A stretch of 64,000 bases of DNA from Phyllobates terribilis (taxonomy: Eukaryota). The DNA lies in contig NW_027362762.1 of NCBI RefSeq assembly GCF_046119375.1, positions 475,292,001 to 475,356,000 on the forward strand. Direction: 5' to 3'. Shown here piece after piece: positions 27,284 through 39,783 of this stretch (positions are counted from its first letter, which is position 1; each line of letters starts with the position of its first letter). The position numbers were made by a program, and so were the translations under genes. Under the pieces are notes generated by a model. That model was not told where the DNA came from. It saw only the letters and a list, made by a program, of their open reading frames with translations, and did not search any database.

Positions 27284-27634
27284 CTGGTTTGAAATAAAAA
27301 GATTCATTGATAGAATGAAAGGAAAGGGTATAAGAAGAAAATTGGTTAAAATATTTATGAAACACAGACTGGGTACATAAGCCCTACCAGACGTAAGGTG
27401 ATGGTGAATAATATTTTATACGTTAAAAGAAATCACGGAATATGAGGAAATCGCTGCATTCCATAGGTTCAAGCATACACTGTACACATTCTACAAACTG
27501 GAGATTGCAAAGCACTAAAAACATCTTGTTCATCTCAAAAAGTCAGAACAGTGCAGCTAAAGCAGTATGCAAATGCAGTAGCAAAAACATAAGACAAATC
27601 CTTCTAAAACATAAAACAAAAATTGAATACCTAC

Positions 27635-30568
27635 ATCAAAACTAGAACGAGTCCAAGAGGCTTGTCCTGATGTTACCGATCTGCTTGAAGTGTTTCGCCT
27701 TGTTAGAATTTCTGTTGCACTTAAACTGCTTTGGCTTCTTTTAGAGATATATTCCGGTACAGCGCTCGAACTGTTTACAGTCGAAACTCTATTTCTTGAG
27801 TAGAACTCACTAGTATGTGACCTTGAAGGATTGTCGTCATCAAAACATGATTTTCGTCTAGTCTTGGGATCCAGGTCATCTTTTTCATTACCAAGTCTGT
27901 CCAGTTCCTCTGTGGAACCAAAACCTCCTTTTCTCCAGGAGCTTTTACTTGTTACATATTTACTTTCAAAATTATTTGTTCCTCTTATATTATGACTTTT
28001 CCATGAGACCGTACTTGGATCCAGATTCTTGCTCACTTCCCGACGATTCCAAGCCATATCCTTATCTGCCACCTTTAAGATCATGTCATCTTTGATTAAA
28101 GAGATTTCAAGTGGAATATTGATGTTGTTTTTTAGCGGCTGATCATTTGCAGACAATCTAATATTACTTGTGGAAGTATGTCTTTCTCTAGTGATCTCAT
28201 CTGTGTTTGTGCGAGAAGAAATGGATTCAGATGGATAAATTTTTATACTACTCACTTTGTTAGATGTTCTGCTTACATCGGAGCTTGACCTTGCTGTGTA
28301 GTCACTCATAATTTCTTTCACATCTCTTTCAATTATAATAGGCTTAATAACTACAGTTGATTGTAATGATTCTCGTGGACTGCATGATCTTGGTGGAGTG
28401 TGAGAATTTATCTCTGTATTATCGGAGCTTTCAGAAGATATTTTCCTAGAACGTCCTGTCTCCTTTGGACTGGAATAGCTGTGATTTTCAAAAGAGGAAT
28501 GCCTAGCACTATCCAGGTTTAAGACTTTCTCTCTAGAACTTGACTGTCTCTTTGTATGCAGTCCTGAAAGCCTAGTCCTTTTCTCAGGATCTCTGTGGTC
28601 TGACATTTCTAAAATAATAGGCTTTTCAGGAATTTGTGGTTTTGAGGCCCTAGTTCTTGTTTTATCCCTACCATAGGAAGATCTGTGTGTACTTGAGGTC
28701 TGACTTATTTGTGGACTGGTTTCTTCATGACTTGAAGCTGTTGATTTAGGGTTTTGTTCAACATTAGTGACACTATCTTCCCGGACAAAAATGCCTCCAT
28801 ATCGCGACAGTCTATCCTGAGAGGAGGACTTTTTCTCTACATCTCCCGAGTTCATCTGGAATTTTGATTCAAATACAATATCTGTGCTTGTTGGAGCATC
28901 ACTAACTTTTGGACTAAGGTTATTCAATTCTGAGTGCAGTGCTGAGGTTAACAAGCTGTTCTCTTTTGGAATAGTTTTTTCAGTGTCAACTATAGTCTTT
29001 GAAATGTCACCAGAGGTCCCCTTTTCAATATCTTCATTTTCCAAAGAAATCTCCTTATTTGGCGAAAGTTTAATGGAATAATCTTCACCAAAAAACTTCA
29101 TAGATCTGTCTGTCTGTTTTGATGTAGACCCTTTCCAGGACTTTTGTGGAGCTTGTTCTTTAACAGCGGGTGGATATCGACTTAAAACAGATGGCTGGTC
29201 TTTAAGTTTCTTAGCATCGTTATGCACAATGCCAAAATCTTTACTACTTGAAAAATAGGAGAGCACAACCTTCTCCTCTTTCTTTAGATTTCCAGTTATA
29301 TCAATAAGATTGGACCTTGAAGTTTTTCTACTGCTTGAACTAGAGTTTGAAAGTTGTCTCTTAAATTCTGAATTTCTATATCTTTCAGTTTTAAGTGGCT
29401 GAGGTGATAAATCTTGTGCACTATATTTTGAAATAGACTCAGTAGATGCAACTTTACTTTTTGCTCTATCACTTTTATATCTACTTCGTGAGAGGTCTTC
29501 AGTTTCAAGAATCCCATTTTCAATTTCTTTATACTGACTGGTTTGTCTTTGTAACGTTTGTAATTCTTCAGTAACCAGTTTGTTTTTATTCTGTTCACTT
29601 ATATAGCTTTCTTGTAATTCACGGTGTTTCTCTTTTAACTGTTTTAATTCTTGCTCAAGCCCCTCATAGTGTTTTAGCCTATTCTTAAGTTTTTCAATTT
29701 CTTGGTTAAGTTCTTTTATTTTGTTATCTTCTTGGTAGTTGTTTTTCTCATTTTCATTGTTGCTGCTTGTCTGAATTTCTGACTGCTTAATGTAATCAAA
29801 TCCAACTCTTTGCAATGAATTAGATGTTAGGCCATCTTCAATGTTGAATTTGTTATGCTCTACATGCTGATCAGTGGACCTCTCCAAAGCATTGGATTCA
29901 TTTCTACTTCGCTCCCCTGTGATTTTTCCCTTCATTTCCAATTCTTCTTTAAGTTCTAAAATTATTTTTTCACTATGCTTTTCTTTTTCTAGCAAAATTT
30001 TCTTTTCATTAGCAAAACTAAGGGTCAAAGACTTAATTTTCTCCAGCTCACTTGTTAAAAACTGTTCAGTTTTATCCAGTTTACTTTCAGATGATTCCAG
30101 TTCTTTAACTCTGGCTTTAAGTATTTCCAGTTCAGACGATAACTTTTTAGACATGTTTTTTTCTTCATTCAAACTAAGACTTAGCTGAGTGCAGTCACTT
30201 TTGCTCTTGTTGAAAGCCTCTTCTAGCTTCTCAAGCTCACCCATTCTTTTTTGGAGCTGCTCAATTTCCAGTCTAAGTTCTTGGGCAACATTTTCCGCAT
30301 TTTCCAGTTTCTCTTTTATTAGTCTACACAAATCCTCTGCTTTCTTCACTTCTTCATCTTTTCCCTCAATCTTGAGCACTCTTTTTCTCAAAGCTTCTGC
30401 TTCTACTAACAAGCTAGAATTACTCCCCTCTGCCTGTATAATTTTATCCTGAAGGTCAAGGACTTCATCTTCAGCTTTTTGTAGATTTCTTGTTGCTTCT
30501 TCCAAATCATCTAAACGTCGACCAAGACTTTGTAGTTTAAAACGTAAATGACGACTTGAATGCTCCAT
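27635..30568 (-). CDS. LUZP1: Leucine zipper protein 1, main coding exon (978 codons)
   Basis: N-terminus MEHSSRHLRFKLQSLGRRLDDLEEATRNLQKAEDEVLDLQDKIIQAEGSNSS...KRVLKIEGKDEE closely matches human LUZP1. A coiled coil is followed by a Ser-rich tail. ATG at 30568 (the ORF track starts at an upstream GTG). Donor GAT|GTAGGT at 27635/27634, so the residues after ...RSSFD in the ORF track are intron read-through. Likely acceptor TTTTGTATTGTAG at 30709/30708. Confidence 0.95.
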
Positions 30569-31800
30569 TTTTTTATTCTCCACAAAAAATAAATTGTGAC
30601 TTTAGTCCTTAAAAGTTCAATTGTTTAGTTAAGACTTTACTAGTTTCAGAATTATCCTTTTTCTTCTTGAGGAGCACACTTTATAAGACATCCAGAGACC
30701 ATCTTAACCTACAATACAAAAGTTTAGGTTACTTAGATTTAAAATCATGTGTATATATCATAATAGCTTGTTAAAATGTGGTAACCAGATAACCATCTAA
30801 ACATATTCCATGTTTTAAACTAAGTAAAGTAAAAGTATGTCAAGTAAAATTATAGTGTGGGAGTTTGTCATAGTGGGAGATACTCTCAGCAGCAGAGAGA
30901 AAGGGGGTACCAAGTTCCTCTACAACATTTCCATGTGCCAATAGGTTATATGAAAAGAGTTTTCCTACTTGGGAACTTACACATGCCTAATCAACAAGGA
31001 TGTTATACAAAACAAACAAATATTCACTCAACATGCCCAAACCAATATGCTTTGCATTGCAAGAAATCTAATGAAAAGGATAAAAATGGAAATGCATATA
31101 AGGTGTGATTGTATTAACACTAGAACTACTGATGGAGTCATTTTGACTCCTTTCGTTTTTTTATTTCTCTTCTGTGACTACATTTTTCAGAATTCCGGCT
31201 TGAAACTCGGTGACTTTTCCTCAAATATGATGTGAAAAAAGATTTTGTGAGAATAAATAATTTTGGTGAAAAATTTGCGCGTTTTTTTCAAAATTTACCA
31301 AGAACTACTGAAGAGAGTCATTTTGACTCCCTACTATATTTTGAGGTCCTTTTGTCACTAAATGTTGCTATAAAGTTTTGTGCATAATTTTTTCACTCTG
31401 TCTTATTTACCCTGATGTTCATATAGATGTAGTTCAATTTACATGTCAACTTTTCACATTTTCCTTGTGTTTTACTTGCTTGTATTACTGTGTAATGCTG
31501 AACAAAATAGCTTGTTTACTCTAGGCTCTTATCTTATGCTAATGAAGGGTGGTGTTTTTCTAAGGTCCTAGCAGGAGACAGTATTCTGGATAGTAACTTT
31601 ACTTTCAGTTCAGCTGAAGAGACAAAGAACAGACGCAGACATACGAGCTCTGAAGACTCATACAGGTATGAATTGTTATGAAATAGTTTAGCTGTCTGTC
31701 AACTGATTCAGCCCACCTGCTTTTGAAGGTGGCAGAACAGTTATTATTTCTTTTAGTTTTCATTTCATTTCTATTTTTCAGCAGGGAACTATATAGAATT

Positions 31801-31996
31801 ATGGAATTTGTGAGGAATATGGAGAGAAGACGTTTGATAAAGCCTCAGGATATTCTGGCTACTTTGCAATCCATACCGGAGGATGAATCGGAATCCGAAT
31901 TGCAGGAACATGTATTTGATTCTGACAGTGATGAAGATTTCATTCCTCAGAACATATCAAGTGAATCTGAAGACTCAGAAGGAACAAATCCAGAAG
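31801..31996 (+). CDS. piggyBac transposase coding exon 1 (acidic N-terminus)
   Basis: MEFVRNMERRRLIKPQDILATLQSIPEDESESELQEHVFDSDSDEDFIPQNISSESEDSEGTNPE followed by the donor AAG|GTAAGT (phase 1). Preceded by the acceptor TTTTTCAGCAG at 31784. Confidence 0.75.
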
Positions 31997-32041
31997 GTAA
32001 GTAGTTATGTGTATTTATTTGTTCTTCCACACACTGAGTTA

Positions 32042-32355
32042 GAGCCTGTGCACACTAGCAGAATTCTGGCTGAATAGCCATCTGGATATTCTTGCCGCAA
32101 TACAGGCCGTACCTGCCTGCTCATGCCTGAAGCTCCGCTCCGAACCCCGGGCTGGAGCCGCTGTCAGGGACAGAGCAGCGCTTGCTTACGCGCGAGCACG
32201 GCTCCGTCCCAGACAGCGGCTCCAGCCCGGGGTTCGGAGCGGAGCTTCAGGTATGAAACTCCGCTCTGTACCTGAGCGGGCAGGTACGGGCCGGATTGTG
32301 GTGAGAATATCCGGTCGGATATTCCGCCGCTAATCCAGCCAGTGTGCACGGACCC
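32042..32355. mobile_element. Harbinger-type MITE inside the piggyBac intron
   Basis: TTA-GAGCCTGTGCACACT...AGTGTGCACGGACCC-TTA with palindromic interior. 3-bp TTA TSD. Confidence 0.8.
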
Positions 32356-32397
32356 TTACAAAACAAAAATTCTAAATATTCATCAACTTTTTTACAG

Positions 32398-34046
32398 ATA
32401 TTCCAAGCACATCAACTGGGGATCGGGCTCATGCAGTTATGTTGCCTCGTGACCATCCTCCTGGTCGTGGACAGAAAAAATCAGCAAAACGTCCCAGAAA
32501 TGAAAGAACAACAGATAACGATAGCGGCGAAGGTAATGCAACAACAAACACCAGAGAAGGCGAATCTGAAGGAATACTAGTTTCAGCGGATGGTATTCAA
32601 TGGAAACCTGTTGAAATTGGAGAACACTTGCCTGGTAGGCGTGACAGCCAAAATATTCTTCGAGAAGCACCTGGCCCTACAGGATACGCCAGAAGAAATA
32701 TCATTATCGATAGTCCTTTGAGCGCATGGCGTTTATTTTTTGATTCATATATATTGACCCATATAAAGAACTGTACGCTTGCAGAAGCATGCAGGAACAA
32801 TAATTTACAGTTTACTCTATCTGATGAGGAACTAGATGCATTCATTGCGATATTCTATGCTCGTGGAATATCTGGCACGAACCGTCACTCGATTAGCAGT
32901 ATTTGGTGTAATGACTGGGGAATACCGTTTTGCAAAGCGACAATGTCTAGGGACCGCTTTGTTGAAATTATGAGGTTTCTCAGATTTGATGAGAAATCTA
33001 CTCGATCGGAGAGACTGCAAACGGACAAGTTTGCTCTATTTTCTACTGTGTGGGACAGGTTTATTGAAAATTTTATTGCGTGTTACAAACCTGGCCCATA
33101 CATAATGGTGGATGAGCAACTTTTCCCAAGCAAAACTAGGTGTCCATTCACGCAGTACATGCCTTCCAAACCAAATAAATATGGCCACAAATATTGGCTA
33201 GCTGTTGATAAGAGGAGCAAATATCTGGCAAATGGCTTCACTTATCTAGGCAAAGATGACACACGCCGTGCTGAGGACCGTTTAGCTGACCATGTGGTAA
33301 TGAAGTTATTGGACCCGTTTTTGAAAAAAGGTCGCAATGTTACAACCGATAATTATTTTACTTCAGTAAAATTAGCTAAACAGCTAAAAAGCAAAGGAAC
33401 AACCATCGTGGGAACACTGAACAAGATAAGGCGAGAAGTGCCTAAAGAAATAAAATCCATGAAAGAGGAATTGTACAACACTAAAGTGTTTAGAAATGAA
33501 GACAATTTTACACTTACAGTATATCAAGGAAAGCCCAACAAAAATGTTGTCATTTTGAGTTCCGTCCATCCAGATGTTGTTGTTGCGTCTGATTCCGCTA
33601 AAAAAACTCCAGAAACGGTAAAGTTTTACAATGAAACAAAATATGGAGTAGATGTAGTGGATCAGATGGCACGAAAATATACCACACGAACATGCACAAG
33701 GAGATGGCCTGTTCATGCATTTGAAAATGCCTTAGACTTTGCGGGTATAAATGCATGGATAATATTCAAGGAGATTACCCACCAAAAAATGTCACGCAAG
33801 GCATTTTTGCAAACGCTTGTGAGAGAGTTGAGTGGTCCTTATGTCACAGATAGGGAAAAGGGTTCCACGTCCCAAGTTTCTACATGCTCAGAAGTGATGG
33901 TTTAAACAAAATTTTGCCAGATCAAAGAAAAGTGCAAGAAAAATAGATCTGTCGGAAATTGTAAGACTTGTGGTAAGTCTTTGTGTGGGCAATGTACTGC
34001 CATAAATCAAAGGCAATGCCTAAAATGCAAAACACCAAATGTTTAG
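32398..34046 (+). CDS. piggyBac transposase exon 2 (DDD core; Cys-rich domain cut off by in-frame TAA at 33903-33905)
   Basis: Acceptor CAACTTTTTTACAG at 32397 splices in frame into the 488-aa ORF. Catalytic motifs VDEQL, TDNYFTS and GVDVVDQ are present. After the TAA the same frame continues TKFCQIKEKCKKNRSVGNCKTCGKSLCGQCTAINQRQCLKCKTPNV*. Confidence 0.85.
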
Positions 34047-37000
34047 AAGGTGAATTCTGCGCCATATTTTCATTTTTATGCTCCTCCACCTACATTTTCT
34101 CTGCTTTTTGTTCTTCAGTTGTTGTTTATATGTGTGCACTTGAATAAAAAAAAATGTTTGAAAAACGTCTATTATAATTATTGTTATTTTCTGTAGAAAA
34201 ATAAGAAAAGCAGAAAAAAAACAATCAAAAGCATTACTGTTGGATCTCACAATAATAATACATTACAAAAAATATAATTATTAATAAATAACCACAAATG
34301 AAACTCTAAAAATAAACGAAAACAAGCAAGGAGTCAAAATGACTCCTTTCAGTAGTTCTAGGCGGGGTCACGAGTCCAGTAGTCCTAGTGTTAAGTATAG
34401 ATTATACATACACATGCCTGCAAATGAACATTTTATCATGTAATCAAAGTTCTTAGTTCTCAACCAAACACAGCAGATGACTGCATGACCTGAATCAGCA
34501 ATTATATGACACAGTAAACCCATCTGTTTAAGCTGGTGCTGAGGATACAAAAAAAATTAATAAAAAATGAAAACTAACTCAAGCTTACAATTTTGGAAAG
34601 GCATTAACACAATAATATCCGATTAGTTTTTCTGCTAGGCCTTGCTTTGAGAAATATTTTTTTCTGGATTGTCTCAAAAACAGAATACCAATAAAGTACA
34701 TGAAAGTGCCAAAAATAAAAACATTGAAAAAAGGAGAAAAAAAAAAAAACTACAGACTTATAAAAACACCAAATCTAGCAAAAAAACATGTTACCATTTT
34801 AATAGCAATAAATTGTATTGTAATGGCAGTCAGAGTTGTGAAGTCCACCATACACGGTAAGCTCCTACAGAAACATAATTTTTCTATTCAAGGAAGACTT
34901 TCACCATGATTCTACAGGCTACTGGGTCAATTTAAAAGGGCTGCTCTCAGGTTTAATATTTGGGAAAGCACCTCTCCCCTGTTGGGCGACATTGTCCTGA
35001 CAAGTCACAGACTGGAATAGCAGTAAAGTTGCGCCGCTGGTCTAAACTGTGCACTCGCTGATTCAGCAGCATTCGAGGTGAACATAGACACTAAACCGGC
35101 CAGATCCTACATTCCAGTTAGCTTTAGGTCCATACTTACAGCACACTATTGAAAAGAGCCTGTAAGAACTGCACGTGTTCGGCCACAATGCTAGACTACA
35201 GTGATGGTCGGTAAGCTAGACAACGAGAGTAAACAAAATTAAAGAAAACCTCCATTCTTGAGAACGGAGGAGATTTTTTTTTTTCTTATAAGATTAGAAC
35301 TGCAAAGTTACTTGTTTTTAAAAGCACTTTGCAATTTTTACAATTATTGATGTTGACACAACCCCTTTAAGTTTTCCTGTATTTGTAAAGAGTTGGTAAA
35401 AACAAGAACCTTGGAAACAAAGACCTAAACATTGGGAGAATGCCTTCATATCCACACTCAATTTCCCAAGGCTTGAGCTGCAACATGAGAAAAGTTACTA
35501 AATGCTCACTAGATTGTATTGGTGCTCAACAATGTAACACTCTATATTGCCCTCTGTGTATGATAGATGCTGGCATTGTGGAAGAAAGAGGGGTACTATG
35601 TTGCACATATGTTGGGATTGAGAATACCTTTTTGCCATTTTTCTTTCTACTTTTCAGACCATTATAGCAGGGAAAGGATACATGGCTCACCTTAAATTGT
35701 TTTATCATCAATTTATCCTAGCCCTATAGGGGGGACACAAAAGAGGAGCCGCCTCATAAGCTTTATCCGCAGCACGATCTATCATTCCAAAATATTGGAA
35801 ATCCTCTGAGCCCCAACCCTGTTGGAATAGTATGGAGAGATGTCCAGTCTTCATAGGTAGCACTCTGTTAGCTGTATATGGAGATGGCTGCTCCTAGTAA
35901 GCACCTGTACACACCAGTCTTCTGTTTTGGATGTGACAGTCAGTTTTTTTCGTATATATGCATAGGCCTTCTGACGGAGCACTCCGCCTCTAAGCCACAG
36001 GCAGTTTTAATTACAGCAGGTTCTTACCTTCCCATTCACATGCAGACTTTAGACTCTAAGAGATTAGGTGTCGCTGACACCAAGCCCTTTGTTTAGTGAT
36101 GAAGAGGTGTCAACCAGACACCATCATTACTAAACCTGTAAGTAAAGAGTTAAATAAACACACACACAAAGAATAAAACACTATTTGAAATACAACAGGC
36201 TTTTAAATCATTTAAAATTAACCAATATACTCACCTCAGGTCCGACGGTGATCCAAGGGTTAAAGTGATGTTCCAGGTTTCTTTTTTCAAATATCTTTAT
36301 TTAGCTCCAAAAAGCATTCATTGCTGTACAAAAAAAGCATCAAAAACGCATGCAAAAACGCACCAAATCGCGGTAAAAACGTGCGTTTTTGCTGCCAAGA
36401 GGTGCAGAAACCTTGCATAAATTTCTGCAATCAAATACTGAACGTGCGCACATAGCCTTACACTGGCTGATTATTGGAAACAGGCGTTCCTAGGAAACAG
36501 GGTGCCAATCACCCAACAGCTCACCCTGGCTGATGGTGGTTGTTAAACGTCCACCCATAAGCAATACAGAAGCTGATCAGCTGTCCTTTAATTGTCTGTT
36601 TAGACAGGCCGACCTCACTTCCATGCACACAGCACGATTGTCCTGTGCTCAACAGACTGTCCTTCTTGGTAGCACATCGTGTTTACATAGAATGATGTGC
36701 TGCAGGGAACAATCAGAGTGTAGGGTTGCAGGATCATCCGGTCTCAATAAGCAATGTCCAGACCTCAGATGCAACAGGAAGAAAAACTCGCTTTTACTGG
36801 AGCAGTTGATTACAGCTCTCCACAGTTATTCAGTACACTGAGCCAACAGCCACTCGGTGTGATGACCCCAGCTCTTTTCCTGCAATGTGTAGCAGATCTC
36901 CTCACTCCTGCTACATATAGCACTATAAGTGCGCTAAAATGTCTCCCCTGAACCTGGGCCTTTATATCCATGACACCTCAGCCTTACAGGAAAGTACCTC

Positions 37001-37386
37001 AGCTCTCTTCCCACTGCTGGCAACTAAGGATTGTATCTAGACATCTCTCCTCTGATACTTAACTGACATCGTCTGGCAGTTGGGCACTTCGTGAACCGTG
37101 CAGGACACTATGTCCCATGCGGCTGCACAGGTTTCGCTGGAGTCACGACAACGACCACAGCAAAGGCACTGGCTGGCCTCCTTGATCTCCAGGAGAAGGA
37201 ACACTGTGTCCCTGGGATTTAGTAGGTCTCCTGCAGAGCCTCCTACCCACCAGACTTCACAATGGCCCTTACACCAATTACATATGTGTGCGTATAAAGA
37301 TGGCTAAAGAGCTGGCTTCTCTCACCATCAGAGTTCACAGATATTTGTGACGCCTGACTTTGCAGGGCACTATATTTATCTATACT

Positions 37387-38020
37387 ACACTAAAGATTTA
37401 GGTAGGTGTGGAAAATATGCTGTAAAGTAAGAATGCTTTAAAAGAATAGAAATGTTAAATAGTTTGCATTTTATTGATTGATAAAAATAAAGTGAATTAA
37501 CAAAAGTGAAATCTAAATTAAAAATCAATAATTTGGTGTGACCATTTTTTTCCTTCAAAACAGAATCAATTCTTCTAGGTACACTTGCACACAGTTTTTT
37601 GAAGGAACTCGTCAGGGAGCTTGTTCCAAACATCTCAGAGAACCAACCGCAGATCTATTGTAGATGTAGCCTTTTGCAAATCCTTCTGTCTCTTCATGTA
37701 AACCCACACAGACTCAATGTTGTTGAGATCAGGGCTCTGTAGGAGCAGTATCATCACTTCCAGGACTTCTTGTCCTCCTTACACTGAAGATGGTACTTGA
37801 TGATATTGGCGATATGTTTGGGGTCATTGTCATGCTGCCAAATAAATTTGGAACCAAAAAAAAAACCAAAACGCTTCACTGATGTTATGGCTTTTAGACA
37901 GATCCATAATGCAATAACTATTTGCGGAAACCCAGACCCAAACTTGCAAGGAAGCTCTATTATGCTTCACTATTCCCTGATGACACTTATTATTGTGCTG
38001 CTCTCCAACCCTTCAGCGAA
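37387..38020 (-). mobile_element. Tc1-like remnant (3' part)
   Basis: KKLCASVPRRIDSVLKEKNGHTK is a Tc1 C-terminal motif. TIR-like sequence at ~37390-37450. Confidence 0.7.
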
Positions 38021-39783
38021 CATATTTGGCTGCAACAGAATGCAGTATATCAAATTTTGACTCACTAGTTCAGAGCTTGTGCCGTCAAAAAAACAAAACA
38101 CATAAAACCCTCATCTCTCCCCGTTCCCACACTGCTCCCGTCTCTGTAGTGTGTGGCCTGATGCTCTGCATAATGGGTGCGATGTAGTGACGTCATCACA
38201 CTCACTGCGCTACCTTGTCAGAGCTCAGATGTACAGCAAGAATGATGGAGAAGGGAGCAGACAGCTCCCTGTTCAGTCTGTGCATTCAACTGTGTCTGCA
38301 TTCAGTATGAAGACAAGTGTGATGTCGGGCGTAGGAAGCCCAATGCCTGTGCTGGCACTGCTCCCCACCTCATGGGTCCCATAGCGTCTGCATGGTCTGC
38401 CGCCATTGGTGGCACACCACTGGGCCAGACTTCTCTGAACATTAGATGGGTGTAACTGTTCCACTAGTTCTTGCCAGTTCTGAGCTGATGGCACTGCTGG
38501 GCATCTTCCTATTTTGATGAAAAGCATGATGTGTCTTTGATCTGCCCATTTCTTGGTGTTCTCATTGCTGAGACATACAGGCAGATACTTATCCATTATG
38601 CAACAATATCAGGGAGGTGTGCGACTCCAAATTTATTCACCAGCAGGACAACGACAAAGTGATGATATGGCCCCCTGATCTCAATGTTATTGGTAGGTCT
38701 TGGATTACATGAAGAAGGATTTGCGCAAGTCTACGTGCACAAAAGATCTGTATTTAAAATTAAAAAAAAAAAAGAAATAGAAATCTCGCAATTTTCACAC
38801 GGTCTTTTTTTTTTTTTAATTTTATTCTTATTTTGTGTTAGTGTTAATTTCCTCACAGAACACATGCATTCTGAAAGAAAAAACATAATGTAGGGCCTTT
38901 TTATATAATACACTTATAGGAGCCCTTTCACTGTTGTTGGAAGAGGAAAGACAGATGCTATCTAATTTTAGCACAATTTCCTTGAGCTGGTATTAATTTC
39001 TGTAAAAAAAAAAAAAAAAATGTTTCTAATTACATAGCGTAGCATTTTTATCCCTATAATCTAGAAGTGAAATTGGGCCAATAGGCTTGTGGGTTTTATA
39101 TGAACTATCAGCAAATGTAACTTAACCTACAGCAAGCAGACAATAGCTGTGATTGAACATTATGCACTGCAGTGGGCACTGCCATTTTGTGGGCATTTAT
39201 GGACATTACAACCATTAGCAGCTGGGCTTTTCTTAGTCATGATCGTTTGGCATCGGCTTGCTTCACCAAGTTCTTGTGATGAGCTCCTCATTGTGATAGG
39301 TCAGTGAGTAATCTGAAGTACCCGAATAAGTGTACCAACCTCAAGGCCAGCAGGGATTGGCAGCAGCGCTTACGCGTCAGAACACCAGATGAATTTCACT
39401 TATTAGCGATTTGCATCACACATTGAATTCATGAAGTCAAACCTGTTTTTAATAACTAGTCAAAGAACAGCCAGCATTCTTCCTCTACACAAACGGCACA
39501 CAGACTTCGTATTTCTAACATTTATCATTCGGGAGTAGCATGTAATCCACAAATGGATTTACATTTTTTTACAGAAAAAAATAAAGTATATCTAATATGG
39601 TGGTATAGATTTAATACATGTGAGGGCTGCTATGCCCTCCGTTCATTAACCCCTTCCTTCCAACCTAACAAATTACTGTTAATGACACAGTCACCCTGTC
39701 AGTAGACCGCTAATGTGTTGCTGTCATTTCACACAAAACCCGTTGAGAATGATGGTCTTGCTGTCCTCACCACACAGATTTAA

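Larger units (their letters stand above)
31118..34390 (+). mobile_element. Full-length piggyBac-superfamily transposon
   Basis: TTAA TSDs at 31114-31117 and 34391-34394. Termini CACTAGAACTACTG / CAGTAGTCCTAGTG. Subterminal 17-bp palindromes. DDD transposase inside. Confidence 0.92.

Noticed and set aside
27557-27634. Hydrophobic, TM-like C-terminus of the 1008-aa ORF (VGIQFLFYVLEGFVLCFCYCICILL)
   Set aside because: It is intron read-through past a good GTAGGT donor, and an in-phase downstream exon exists.
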